A stretch of DNA of 64,000 bases from contig JBHGNT010000005.1 of NCBI GenBank assembly GCA_043228905.1, positions 3,100,001-3,164,000 of the forward strand. Reading direction: 5' to 3'. The translations under genes and the position numbers were made by a program. The notes below the pieces were generated by a model. It saw only the letters and a program-made list of their open reading frames with translations. It made no database searches and was not told where the DNA came from. Of the stretch, positions 49,060-63,501 are shown one piece after another (position 1 is the first letter of the stretch; each line of letters starts with the position of its first letter). This DNA comes from Azolla caroliniana. Lineage: Eukaryota; Plantae; Polypodiophyta.

Positions 49060-50080
49060 GTGAGTTGCTCTTTTAAATTGGCACCCTTTATTTTACTCAT
49101 TCATGCATGCAATCCATGAATTCTTGCTCCACAAGCTCCTCTCTATTTGTTCTCTCTATATGGGATAAAAAAAGGTTTATACTCGTAACTCTATACAACT
49201 AGAATAAACAATTAATATGCAAAATATCTTCACTTATAAATGTACACATGTATTATGTCGAGTATATGCATGCATGTGTTTACAAACATATCCAACACAC
49301 GAATTTACACAAACGTCATATGTGTATTATGTGGGCTATATGTATGTACGTTGACTTACACTTTATTTGCATGTTTGGGGTATGTGTAATATAATTTGTG
49401 CCTAAACAATCTTATTGATGCATATCAAGGCTTCCCATATACTGGGAAACATCCTTGTTTTGAGGCTTCATTTTTTGACCAATTGGTAATAGAAACTTGA
49501 AACACTTCATACACAATACTACAAGCATATTGTATGGAAAGTGTCCATGTTTCGAGGATGAATGTTAAGAGTCAAAAGACATCATACAATTTATAAACTT
49601 GATATGACATGTAGTGAAACATATGGACCACTAAGACATCATATAACAATTCGTAAAATAGATATGATATATGGTGAAACTTAAGCGCCAGCCCAAAATG
49701 TAATCTTAATAACATGGTGGAATCATATTAAATTGAATGTAACGAAACAACAATAATAAGGTTGATGTGTTCATATGTATTCATGGGGTCCTCATAGATC
49801 ATAAATTCTGCACATATTTCCACACAATGATGTGAATTTGGTCATAGGAAATAGGGGCTTGGAGTAGTATGTCATGGTGCTTTGGTTCACCCTACACCAT
49901 ATTGTTCATCCGTATGATGGGTTAGATTGTAGAGTGTAATTTAGTCATGCATGTGCTATATGTAGAAAACCTATCTTGAACTCTTTGATGAGGTGTGCTC
50001 ATCTAATAACCATTTATTTGTTTTTTTTTTTAAATACATCCCATTTTGCAGGCATTGTAAGGAGAGGTACTATAGTGACA

Positions 50081-53000
50081 ATGTCCAAAATCCATGATCC
50101 AATGGAAACCGAGCAAGAGACAAGGAAGTTGGCTGGTATGCCAGGTTTGAGGCACACTGTTTGGGATCAACAAGACATAAAGTCTGAGTATCCCAAGATT
50201 GAAAAGGATGAGTCTACAGATGTTGTCATAGTTGGGGGTGGTATTTTCGGTCTAAGTATAGCTTATAATCTTGTGAAGGAAGGGCAAAAAGTAATCATCC
50301 TTGAAGCAAAAGCGAGAGGTAAGTTGTTGACGCTTCTAATTGGCAGTTCGAGAGAGAACGTGTGAACATGAGGCCTTGAATGCTTAGAAATACATAGTTG
50401 ATAGCAATGCGTTAGGACCCTTTGATGTGACCAATTTTATCCTTTTTTATCATGTGACTATGTAGTTTGATCCTTTTTTTATCATGTGACAATTTGTTTG
50501 TAGGGAGTGGGATGACCGGAAGAACAACTGCTCACATTATGACATGGAATGATGATTTCTATTCTAAAATCACCAAACAACACGGAGAAGAGATTTGTAA
50601 GCTTGTAGGTGATAGTCATAGGGTTGCAGTCGATTTTATTGAACGTACCATCCTTGAAGAAGGAATCATGTGCAAATTCTCCAAAGTGGATGGGTATCTT
50701 TTTCCACATGAAGAGTCTAAGCAAGTCATGGACTTGTTACATGAGGTTTGTTAACGAGTGTAAAAGTGTATTGATGTAATCTTCAACAAGTCGGTTGTTA
50801 GGAACTTATTGAAATTTACATTGAGTAAATTAATTGATGATATGACTAGTTTCCGTTTTTATGAATTAAATGTTGAAAATGACACGTATTGGCACATAAT
50901 GAGAATTGCATCTACTAACAATAGTACTTGGGCTAGAATTATATTTGGATTGGATCAATGAAATATTGCATGAGCATGTATAGTTTTTGAATGATAGAAG
51001 TATCAATATATTGTTTTGGTTCAGGCTAAGATAGTTTAAATCAATCTCACCATAGATTCAAGCCAATAATCATATTTAAATGTTGAGGGTTAGCTATATA
51101 TTGCTCTAGAATAGTGTTTTGAACTCCAAAAATTGAAACTGAAACCTTTTGCATGCACGGCATTTTTTGTATTAATCCAATAACTATTTTAATATCAACA
51201 AGTAGTATTATCTAGTCAAATAAAGTTATTGTTCATACCTATAAATAATGTGATAGTAAGTTATTTTGGTTGAAGTTATCGGTGAGGCATGCATGATGCT
51301 ACTATAGGAACGAGTGGACAAAACATTTACAAGATTTTGATATTTGTAGGAGTTTAACGCCTCAAAGCTAGCAGGATTTGATGTTAGTATGGTCGATCTA
51401 AAGAAAGATCCATCGCATGGAAGGATTTCAAAGGCCATTTGTTTTCCAGGAAATGGAGATTTTCACCCACTCATGTGAGATAAATTTGATAATATTTCTA
51501 TGGGTGTATCATCCTCTTGCTCTAATGATTTATTAACATATGAGTCTTCTTAGGTATATCAATGGACTTGCAAAAGCAATTGTCAAAAGAGGTGGAAAAA
51601 TCTATGAAGGGTGTAGAGTGAGCAAAAATGAAGGGCATCAAGTAACAACAGAAGACGGTGTTACAGTCACTGCTAGAGCTGTTGTCCTTGCTACACACTC
51701 TCCTATAAATCATAATCTTACAATACATGCTCGTCAAGTAGCGCATCGTACATATGTACTTGGATTTAAAATAACAAAGGGATCTGTGAAGTAAGACTTA
51801 AAGCTACTTAAGCTCTTGGCTATCATTTATTTTGTTTAATGGCTAGAGTCCATTTTCATTAGTTTTCTTAACAATATTATTAATTAGTTCGACAATATTA
51901 GCTATATAATGTTGTTTTGTTGTCATGTATTTTAACTGGAGATAGTTGAAAAGGTTCATATTTGTTTTGTTTTGTTTTCCAATGGCATTGCTTCTAAATT
52001 GATTCCTTCATCTCAAAATGACATTTGTAACTAGTTGCAAGGATCTTCATCGTTACAATTTTAGATTCCTAACTCTAATATATGAAATTTTATCATTTTA
52101 AATTATAGGAAAGCACAGTGGTGGGATACTAATGAGCCATACCACTACATAAGAACAGAGGAAAGGGAAGATTATGATGTGCTTATAGTGGGAGGCAATG
52201 ACAATCCTGCAGGCATAAAGGCAGAAAGAGATTTGGATCCATATGGTTCATTGGAGCAATGGACTCGTGAAAGATGGTCCAATGCAAAGGAAGTACTTTA
52301 TAAATGGACGGGCCAGGTGACTTTGTTTAAGAGAAGATGCCCAATATGTTAACCGCTAATAGTGAATACACATAATTTATTAATCCTAATTAAAGTTGTT
52401 TGGGTAAAAGATAAAGTTTGCATTACTCGTTTATTTTTTCACATGTAATACTTTTTTGCTACTAGGTTTATGAGCCAACAGATGGCCTTCATTTGATTGG
52501 GCACGATCCATCTTTTTCGGGAAATGTCTTCGTTGCTACAGGTAAGTAATTTGCTTTATGAGGTGAATTACACGTGAATTACAAACATTGAAATGAAGTA
52601 TGGTGTTGTATTTATTTGTGATGGTTCCATATCACTGGTATATAACAATGATTTGTATTTAGGATACAATGTTCACTAGAGCTTAATTTTAATATTTGAT
52701 GCTTTCAAATAGAAGAGGCGAGTCTCTATTTGACACATATTTTGTCTTTGTATGATATGTTGTGAAAGGTGACAGTGGTCAAGGTATGACCGGAGGAACA
52801 ATTGCTGGTATGCTTATCAAAGATTTAATTTTGAAGAAAGACAATGCTTGGGAAAAAGCCTACAAACCAAGTAGACTCCTCCCAATAGACAAGTCAACTA
52901 TTGAAACTACAACTGAGATAGTTAGGCATACATTGAAGGTTGGCTTCATAAAAAATGGTTGAAACTTGACATGGACACTCTTCAAAAAAGAAATTAATAT

Positions 53001-53734
53001 TATCCATGCATGTTTTGTAACTAAAAGTTAGGTCGCTTGTAAACAATGTGCAAATGTTTAGTTGTCTCTAACATAAAGTTATTGTTTTTTCTTGAAATAG
53101 GGCTATGCAAGTAATGCACCGGCCGTAGGTGTAGATGCTATTGACATAGAAGATATGTTGCCTAATAGTGGGGCAATAAAACAAGAAGGCTTACATAAGG
53201 TCGCCATTTATAAAGACAAGAATGGACAAATCCATAAGTATTCAGGTTAGTATGATGAGTGTGGTGTGTTATCCTGTCATTTTATAAAGAATAACATGTT
53301 CACAATATGTTCTCAAACATAATAGGCCATGGTGTAAGACCACAAATTACCATGGAAAACATAATCATTTACATTAAAGTATAAAACATGGGGTAATTCC
53401 AAGTCACCCAATTGAGAATATCGTATATATGGAATGATAAGTTTGGTTGGAGATGTACTCACTTGATTCTTGATTGTTAAAATGATATTAGTCTTTAGGT
53501 TGGGAGTGTGTGAGCTTAACCAGTTTAGGAACAATAATTGTCGTATTTTTATTTTACAACTAAAAATTTTAACATTTTATTTTTGTAGCTATATGTCCAC
53601 ACATGAAGTGTATCGTGCAATGGAATTCAATTGATGACACATGGGATTGTCCATGTCATGGGTCCATTTTTGATGCCCTCGGACGGTGCGTGAATGGTCC
53701 AGCAAAAGCTGATCTTTCTATTGTAAGTCCATAA
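50081..53734 (+). CDS. FAD-dependent oxidoreductase (DAO family) with C-terminal Rieske [2Fe-2S] domain, YhfW-like, 528 aa
   Basis: Exons 50081-50318, 50504-50745, 51350-51474, 51554-51790, 52109-52316, 52466-52541, 52769-52938, 53101-53245 and 53589-53734 total 1587 nt in frame. Motifs: DVVIVGGGIFG, GSGMTGRTTAH, FHPLMY, VVLATH, WTGQV, VATGDSGQGMT, and Rieske CPHMKC..WDCPCHGS. Confidence 0.92.
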
Positions 53735-53786
53735 GGTGGGCACGTTTGCATCCATAGATTACAATGGTGAATTGTCATCTACTTGT

Positions 53787-54034
53787 CACATATATACAAA
53801 ACTATAAGATGGGTGAGTGGGTCGAGTCTCAAATGCATAGCTTATAATAGTGAACTATCATCCACTTGTCATATATACTCTCGTGTCATATGGTTGTATC
53901 CATAATACTACACATATATACAAATCTATAAGATGGGTGAGTGGGCCGAGTCTCAAATGTATAGCTTATAATAGTGAATTGTCATCTACGTGTCATATAT
54001 ACTCTCGTGTCATATGGCCGTATCCATAATACTA
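53787..54034. repeat. 124-bp tandem duplication in the oxidoreductase 3' UTR
   Basis: CACATATATACAAA.CTATAAGATGGGTGAGTGGG starts at 53787 and 53911. Confidence 0.88.
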
Positions 54035-56589
54035 CTTGTTTTCAAAATTAAAATAGTTCTTTTATTGGATACTTGTCTTTAAGAGGTTTCGAAAGAATGT
54101 GTACAACTTTAATGTTATGACTTTAGTTAATATAATGTTTTTTCTTTAGACTAAAATGGTCATTATTAAATATTTAGTTAATATATTGCATGGATAGAAC
54201 ACAATTTATGGGGATTTTGTACGAAATCTCTCATCAAGCCTTGATGGGGTCGTAGCTGAAATTTCTCTTTTATCTTTGTTAATTCCGTGGTTGTAGTGTT
54301 GTATCTTTTTTTGGAACTCTGAATGGGGAAATTTTTATAAAGAAGATGCGTGTATAACTTAGAAATATGTTTCGTATTTCTTGATTTTCTTGAGGTTGAT
54401 GCTCCTAGGACAAAAATGAAAAAGCACAAGGGATTAGAATAAATTTGATTTAGAATTGTTTCGATCTATTTTGAAGGGTTGGGGATTCCACAAGCAACTA
54501 CTAGACCTAAATGTAAGTAATTGAAAATATTCTTTTATGGGCTTGGTTTCATGGGTCCATTTGGACGTCTCATGGATGATAAGTCTATTCTATTCTATTA
54601 TAATGTGTGTCCTATCGCCTCAACTTTCAAGAATGTTATCTAAGGTTGGTCCAAAGTAGATCACACCCCTCATCTACTTTGGACTTTGGTGGGCAATGAT
54701 ATAACTAGAACATATTGGAGGGCGAGGCAATATAGGCTAGTCTAATGTGAACTTCAAGATTTAAATGCATATATGAAGAATTTAGGGTTGGGAAGGCCCT
54801 CTAAAGCTCTACGAAGTGAATTATTGTGAGAGAAAACTTGCATAAGATCTATCACGAATATTGAAGCCACCATCTCCGTGTAAGGATTGAATTCATGTAC
54901 ACCCTTGGTGTACCTTCGAGTGTTTTGTCGATGTTTCAATTGTTGACGTTATTTTGTATTCTTTTTTCTAGTCACATTGTGTGATTTGTTAGGTCTCATG
55001 CAGAATGAATCAAACCTTGAGTTGTCCTAACTCCAACAAGGATCACCACCCAAAAATGAGAATTCTTCTCGAATTTGAGTCAAAATGTTAGCTTGAATCA
55101 TTTTTCCTAGGTAGCCTATTGAAGTTCGTAGGTGATGTGATGTAAGCACACATAATAGGTTAAAGCGTGACCATCATACATTGACCCCATGCCTCCAACT
55201 AAGTCATGGTTTAAATTTTAAATACATTAGAATTTTGTTTCGAGGAACCTTGAATTCCACCCAGAAGTAACTCTTCCACCACTTACAATTTTTGTTTGCA
55301 AGCAAGAGGTTGGCTTGAAGAACATTGAAAAGTGTGACTATTAATAATATCAACTTAATTGTGGTTATTGGGATTCACGCCCAAGCCTCTGCAGCCACAA
55401 GGTGGAATTCTAACTACTATAACTACAACCACTAGGATATTAAAAAATCTGAAATATTTAAAACTATTTTTGAATCCTAGCGATCAAATAACAACTACAT
55501 ATGAACTCCTTGTATGTCGATCCATAAAGGAGAGTGAATGTTCATTTTGCATTGATTCCATGCCTCCAATTTCTCGTCATAGTCAAGTCACAAATAGAAT
55601 GAATGCCAAAGTTCCATTCCAACTTGAGGAATAAACACTTTGGTGATCCTACCAATGGCAACTATTGTCCTTAAAGCAATATCATTGCAATCATGTAGCT
55701 TTGAGAAATAACATGGAAATATGAATGGACCACAAAACAATTGAGTTGGCTTTTGTGGCCAAAATCCCACCTTAAGAGAAGTTCATTGAACCCAATGCTT
55801 CAGGTAAAACCATTGCAAATGTCTTTGGGCCCAAGAATGAGTTCCAAGGACAGGAGAATGTTGTGAGCATAGTACGTAAAATTCGTGTTCATCTAGCATA
55901 ACATTCATTTTCCTATGTTGGAAAACGAATGTTAATGTTATTCAAACATTCTTGTGTTTTTTTCCACCTTTTTAAAGGTTTTTTTTTTTTTTCCATTTTT
56001 TAGGTTTATTTACCTCATAATAAATAGTTAATGAAGCATGGTATTTACCATTCTTCGAGAGTGTTTACCATATTCGAATGATTGAAACATTTGCGAATGC
56101 GAATGCACGTATGGTTCATAATATCGTTGTGAGTAAACATTCAATGATTGAGAATGTGGAAGGGCTTAAGAAAATGTTTATAGAAGTAGAATATGATAAA
56201 GGGGGCCTATGACCAAGTACAAAGAACTCGGTGAAGAGATAGTTATACCACGTATTGGAAGGCCCATGACTAGATAATTAATGGAGTTCTAATTCTATGA
56301 TTAGATGTGCAAACTGGCTTATTGTAACCACTAGAGCCAAAGTCACTATGTTTTAATATTGGAATACTTATAACTTATCAAATAACGACATCAAGTTGAT
56401 AGATATGCATGAGTGGCTTAACAAAAAAAAAGTGGAAAAACTCACATTTGTTTTAAGAGAAACCCATTGTTTTTTAAATTAAAAGAATCGAGGATAAATA
56501 CTGAGTATACATTGGAGTACGAGGAGGGAAACAAATAATGGAATGTTGGAGAAAAGACATTACAAAATGTTCAAGAGAAGTTCTAGAAG

Positions 56590-56710
56590 GATGAGATTGA
56601 GGAGACACAAGTGTAGTTGACTACATCTTGCTAGAGGTAAAACATAACATTAAGGGATATACTGGAGTTATACATGCCCAAAGTGTAGGGAGAGATCATG
56701 CTTGACATTC
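56590..56710 (+). mobile_element. Possible LINE AP-endonuclease remnant
   Basis: GDTSVVDYILLE...GRDHA resembles the SxIDY..SDH end of APE domains. It is short and degenerate. Confidence 0.35.
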
Positions 56711-57713
56711 AACACGAAGAGGATTAGGGAAGCAAAATGCAACATGACTCGCCCAATAGAATGATGATGCAGAATGAAAAGAACTGAAAAAATCATTATG
56801 ACTATCAAGTAACCAAAAATAAAGCATGTTGTCCTAAATGGGAACCCATAAATTCAATGTTTGCATAACTAATTGATAATTCCATGGTGGTTCCAATGGT
56901 AGTGGTAAATTATAATTACATAATCAAATTGGTTGTTGTTTGGGTGCAAGCTTGAGAAGCAACATACAAAATATCTCTTAAAAGACTATGGTCAAGGGAT
57001 GGAAAGCAGAAGCATTCGTGATATAGGAAAGGCGGTATCAAGAAAGGAAAATATATGTACACTTTGGGGTTGAGGGGGATGTAAACCCAAGGGTTTAGGG
57101 ATTACCCCCAAAGAATTTGGAGACATAAATATATATGCATGTATGTGCATATAAAAGAGAAAACAAAGTAGCTCAATTAGTAAGGTTGTTGCGACATATG
57201 TTTTGGTCCAAAGGGTCATGTCCCTACTTTCCACAATGCATCTCATCAAGTAGTGCAATGATTAGTGGTCGTTTTAGGCTAAGAGTATAGGGAGTCTCTC
57301 TCTAGTTGCTACATCGTTCCACTTGAGCTACATTCAATAGTCGAGTAATCTTCATCTCGTCACTTTTTTCTTCTAGGATCTCTTCAATCAAAATCTGAAT
57401 ATGTTGAAGTTAATACAAATCTGATTGATGACTATGCCATTTTGTGTATATGCTCATGATCATATGACATTTTGGGTATGGCTTATATTGGTAAATATAC
57501 AAACATAGTTAATGAGTAACAATTGGAGGCTCAAAGAGTTGGGGGGTGTGATGAGGGGTATTTTTCGTAATTTTGTAAATTACGGGTCATGTATGGTTCG
57601 AGTACATACATACATTATTTATTACATACATACTTGTTGAACTACAGGGTTTACTCAGAGAGAAGACTGTAGTGAGCCGCCAGAGAAAGAAGAACAGACG
57701 GGCCTCTTGAGCT

Positions 57714-60700
57714 ATGGAGACTCATCCCTCCGTGAAAGCTATTTTCATTTACCCTGTCAAGGCGTGCAGAGGAATCTCAGTTGACACTGCTTTTCTTTCG
57801 ACCACAGGTATCCAAGAGAAAAACTAAACCCCTTCGTCAATCAGACTCTGTTTTTTAACCCCCAATCCATCTCTTGTATACATGTAGTTCTGTTTCTAGA
57901 GAACCATACGTTTCACGTCCCGTGGAATATCATTCCAAGGTTCCACAAAAGATGTGCATTCACTACACGTAAATTTATTTCAATGTTCTTGTTAACTAGA
58001 AAGTGCAATCATGAATTGATCTAACAACTGTAGTTCTGTTTTTATTGGAGGGAATGATGCCTTTTGACAAGCATTGGTCATTGAATATATGGATTAATCT
58101 CATGTGAGAACAATATTTTGATCTTGCATGAGAAAGTTTTGGATATGAAATTCATCGTGTGATGGCTGGATTAACCTCAATAGTTTGAGCTATGAGGAGA
58201 GTTTCTGTTATTTCCCTACACCCCTTTAATCAACCCCACGAAATGAGAAAAAGGTGATTACTTGACCATGTAATTGCTCAATTAGCACACACAATTGTGA
58301 ATAAGGACATGGATTGACCATTTACTTGCTCAAATATCACATATACGCGCTTTGTTCGGGAGTTGTATAAGGGCATTTGGGGAAATGATGTAAACTTACG
58401 GGAATTTGGAGCAATAAGAAGAACTCCACCGCCAGATTATTTCAGAATTTTAACTTAATATTTTCCTTGAATGACTGGTTATTTATGGAAGCAAATAATT
58501 GTTATCAATGGAAGGGGTGAATCAGTCGTCCAGATTAACATTAATCCTTGAATGATCCCCTTGAGAGCTCTCTGGTCAGCTATGAGAACACTGTTTGACT
58601 TATGAAAGAACTTGTTTTTTTTAATTGCAAATAGAAACGAGGGCACTGTCTAGGAATGAATCTGAGGAACTCATTCTTGAATGAGGTAAAGTGCCTGATA
58701 TACTAGTTGTATATTACTTTCTTCTAATATCATGGTATGCAATCCTTTCTACTTTACAGGGTTCAAATGGGATCGAATGTGGATGGTTGTGAATTCCAAT
58801 GGGCGAATGTTGACACAACGAGTTAATCCTGAGCTTGCTCTTGTAGAGGTCTCTTTGCCCAAGGAAGCTCTTTATACACCCTGGGATACGTTACCTCCTG
58901 ATTCAGCATTAGGTAGGGTTAAACTTTCCAATTTTTCTTGCATTAAACATTTTTTATATATAAAAGCTACATATATATATATATCATATTCATATGGATA
59001 TTCTTCAAATTTTGGCATATTCATATGTATATTGATATACATAGATGTTGGCATATGCAATGTTTATAGATATGGATATGGCTATGCATGTGCGTATGCA
59101 TAGACATACATATGCAATGTGCATATTGGTACAGATAGGCATATGCATAGTCATAGTCATATGCATAATGCAACGTACATATGGATATGCATATGCATAG
59201 ACATACATGTACACATGCACACACAGACAGCTACTCCTATGCATCAACATTTCTTTATACATGTTTTGATGGAGGTTTCCGTGCTCCTGGGATGGATCCT
59301 CTTCGAGTTCCCCTTGCAACTGCTGTGCAGTCTCGCGTAGTGGGACATGCTTCGGTTTGGGCATGGGCTGGTGTTGCTTTGGATGAAGGCAGTGATGCAG
59401 CGGAATGGTTCACAAAATATCTTGGAAAACCCTGTAAACTTGTACGATTTGATACTGGTAAGTTCGAGTGCTTTCAAATTTTCATATCAATTGAACAATA
59501 TAATGGACTTCGTATTAATGTGTCTTTTTATAATAGTGCAGAATCGCAGATACGACCAACAAATCCTGCATATGCTAGTGATTTCAAGATTTGTTTCCCA
59601 GATGGATACCCATTTCTTGTCATCTCGCAGGTTAGAGTCTTGCAAGTTTCAATGTCAATTGGTTTGACCATTGCATTTTCGAGCACATGGAGACTAATTG
59701 CGCTGTATCTTTTTTCTTTCCCTTTTCAGGCATCTTTAGATGCTTTGAATGAGAAACTGGACAGTCCAGTATCTATCAACAGATTTAGACCAAAGTATAA
59801 AAGATTCTATGTATATGAAAAATATACTCTATAATGTAATGGTATAAGTGAAATGGCTTTGATTTTTTTAAATCCAGTGCAGTGCAGTATCCTTGTGCAG
59901 GGATGTGAACCATTTGCAGAGGATTTTTGGCAAACCTTTACATTAGCAGACCTCACGTTTCATGGCGTAAAGCTATGTTCCCGCTGCAAGGTTTGTTTGC
60001 TTATTGATACCTTGGAGTTAAATTTTCTGATATTGTAGCGATTTAACTTCCTTGCAGACATATTGGCATACATATATTCAAGCCTTACATATGTATACAG
60101 TCCTTACATCAATGTGTTGTGATTCAACATATTTTTATTATCAAAGTTGACAATAAACCATTTGTATTGAACAGAACTGCAAGTTCTATATCCATATTCA
60201 TCGGAAAAAAGCACTTATCATGTGAATAGAAAACGATACTATAAAAGGTTATGGCGTTTACTTCAAAGAAATTATGTGGATACTGAAAGTTGTGATAATC
60301 TTCACCATTGAAGAATACGTATCTGTTGAGGATCTTTTATGTTTTACTCTAGTTATCGAAGGGTCACTATACATGTTGCTATTATTGAAACTAATGTATA
60401 TAGGCTAAATGCCAACTACCAGTTGTTTCATGTGAATCGAGGGCATTGTTTATAGAAGCCCTTTTCAACATTCTATGGTTCCGCATAAGGAATGACATAT
60501 TTTTAGTTTCAGGTCACAACCGTGAATCAGGAAACAGCTGAAGTAAACAAAGAACCCTTGATGACGCTTGGTACCTTTAGATCTGGGAAAATGATGTCAC
60601 TCATCCAATCCAAAGAAAAGGTAACACTTTTTTCAGTTGTATTGTTTACTTCACCTCATGAATATTGTTTCTGCCTTTTTCTGAAAAAAATATATTTATA

Positions 60701-61573
60701 CTTTTACACATTGGATAATTGTGCATAAATATCATTGTTGGACATTTGCTTCTGAAATGTATCAAAAGCTCCTGTCATTGACACCATCTCTGTCCATATA
60801 CTTCTTTGCGTGTACGTTTGATCTACTGTGAATATCTATGTCTATTCAGCATGTTGCCTGAATAATAATTATGTGCTTTTACCTACAGTCTTATTTGGTT
60901 CTCATCTCTATTTTCTCAAAAGTTTTCATATGTGGCATCCATTGATAGGACTGGTTTGAACTCCAGATCATTGGTATATACATTAAGGGCCCGAACCACC
61001 ACACCAACCTCCTGTGACCTTATCTATTAGCCTGAACATATATAAGACAATACCCTTATTTCAAGCTTTGGAAAATGGATTTGTAAACTCATTTTTTAGG
61101 AGAAAAATGTTATGTAATTATAATATGAATGTCAAAATTCAAATTGCTTCTTGCAATGAATGTAAGAGTAGACTGTTTTAGACTTGAAGCCGTGATGTAA
61201 AACTTATAATGCATAAAGTTTATCACCACACCATCACTTTCATCTTGGAAGCATAATTTCTCACCTGCACTAAAACATTCATACAATTGATTTGTAACTA
61301 GAATTGACACGTAAAAGTCAGTGGCTTCCATGTTATGCTTTTGTGGATAATGATATGAACTTTTCAACTGTGGATTATATATCTTGAACTAGATAGATTG
61401 CGGTTTTTGGTAACAAATGTTTTATGAAAATTCCATGCCAGATTTTTTTCGGGCAGAATATTGTTTGTGAGGAATGCCGTGATATTTGCAACAATGAGTA
61501 CAAATATATCAAAGTTGGGGATACTGTGGCTATCCAGCAAAGATGGCCAGCTATTACAGAAAGTCTAGTTTGA
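57714..61573 (+). CDS. MOSC-domain molybdoprotein (mARC / amidoxime reducing component-like), 308 aa
   Basis: Exons 57714-57807, 58760-58912, 59275-59457, 59542-59630, 59730-59794, 59888-59990, 60513-60620 and 61442-61573 total 927 nt. Motifs: IFIYPVKACRGI, GFKWDRMWMVV, TQR..P.LALV, FPDGYPFL, NRFRPNI, FAEDFW, KLCSRCKV, FFGQN, IKVGD. Confidence 0.93.
58955..59228. repeat. Low-complexity alternating purine-pyrimidine tract (AT/ATATGC/AC) in mARC intron 2
   Basis: ATATATATAT..ATATGCATATGCATAGACATACATGTACACATGCACACAC. Confidence 0.8.
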
Positions 61574-63501
61574 ATGATAGAAAATGGTAGGTTCAACCTC
61601 CAACACATCCACGAATCCAGATGGGTATGGATATCCTCGTTTTTGTAAGATTTATACTCAATAAAGTGTTGTGGTCCCACACTGTACACATGTACTTTTC
61701 AAGTTATTGTTGATGCTCAAATGCTTTATTTACCATGGATTGTATTTTATAGCCATGTTTCTTCATATGATGAGTTAAATAATTATGGAATGTTTTTTAT
61801 ATAGACATGCTTCTCCATGTGATGATTATGAGCATTTAACTAATGGTTGGGGCAACAAACACTTATTATCAATGAACTGCCCTTCAGAAGTAGATTTGAA
61901 GCAATTTTGCAATGATGGTGATATTTTTATGCCCAGTGTCCATTTGTAATGGTTATTGCACTAAGATAATAATGATTATGGTCATTCACTCAAAAGTCTA
62001 AGCAAAGTAACAATGATAAAAGTGCTCAACATTAGCGTTCTACTTAGAGACAAACTTTGAACATGATAATTATTTTGCTCCAATGGGTGACACAAAGGTC
62101 CAACAAAGAGATCCTAGCGATGCCAAGGGGATAAATTTTGAGCTATTTTAAAATTTTAATGATCGCGCTTCTCTTTGGTCCCGTTTGTGTAAACCTATCT
62201 GAACATAAGCATTAGCCCATACCTTGTTTTTGCAAATAGATCATGAGGCTCAATTGGAAACTTCCTTATTTCTGTATAGAATTTGATACCTGAAACAAAT
62301 TTCTTACTTGTTTAGCAAAAGAAATTGTAGAAGTTGAATAGCATTCAATTTTAAGAGAATGAACATTGCAAGATGAAGTCACAATTCGAAAGGAAGATAC
62401 CATTTTATTTGCATATTTGACTTAAATCCATCAGCTCAAAATAAATGTGGTTGAAACCCAATCTTGTAATTATATTTGCAAAAATGTGAAACCCCAAAGG
62501 TGAGTAATGGTTGGAGGTTATTAGAGAAGAAGATTTGAAGGAGCATGATAGGTGCAAGGCGTTATGCTCTAGTAGTTTACAACATTTACTCATCGTGGGT
62601 GGCATTGGCATCTATTGAATTTGTTAAGTTACATGAAGCTTCTTTGATCTTACTCATAATGTGTGGGAGTTGTCATTGTATGAAGTCTCTTTGGATTGCC
62701 TCTATTTATGTGAAAGCAAACCCAAAATCCAAATTTTGTGCATGTAAAATTGTCTTTCATCATATGCATGATTTTTAGACATGGATGACTCAATAGATTT
62801 TGCTTAACCTTGTAATCTTAATTGATTTGACAACTTCCTAACTCTTAACTAGTGTTCTCATTCTCTAGAACATGATTGACTCAAATGGGGCAACGATTGC
62901 TCTAAAGTTCCCGCATGCTCCCACAATGAACCATCTTTCCACTTAACTAAATGTTCCAAATGAAATTTATTCATAGCTTTTCAATGCCGAATATCTCAAT
63001 CTATGTTAGGCTAATTTCAAAGAGGTCAAGGATGTTACATAGCTCATATCATTGCTCAAATGACAATGTTGACACCAATAAATGCCTTTCCTTGCTTTTG
63101 TTCATCGAACGTGTGAAACTAATGCAAGCAATGAACGTATTGTGCTCCATTGCTCTACATGAACCATCTGATCTCAAAATGCATTTGGCGCCATAGCTAG
63201 ACCCAATTTATCTTCCCCAAAGCTGCATAATTGCTTCAACAAGACAATGTGGGGGAGTTCAGCCATTGCTCGCAACATTAGACCAAAACTTGGAAGGTGC
63301 AGATATAAAAAAAAGCAAACAGGGGAGGCCTCAGGCAAGGGTCGCAAAAGAATCGTAGGTCTAGGAAACTTTAAAGTCTGTTCACACCGGTGCTGCGTTT
63401 CCCTCAAAATTTTAAAGTCTATTCACACCACATCTTTTCTCATTCCCTTCCATATATATAATGTTCTGGAAGCTTCTTTTTCCCATTAGCTGTATGTCGC
63501 C

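Noticed and set aside
59005-59364. Overlapping His/Met/Tyr/Cys-rich ORFs
   Set aside because: They are artefacts of the low-complexity RY tract in mARC intron 2.
61850-63430. Possible decayed coding sequence or transposase between mARC and calreticulin
   Set aside because: There are stops in all frames examined and no recognisable motif; it needs BLASTX.
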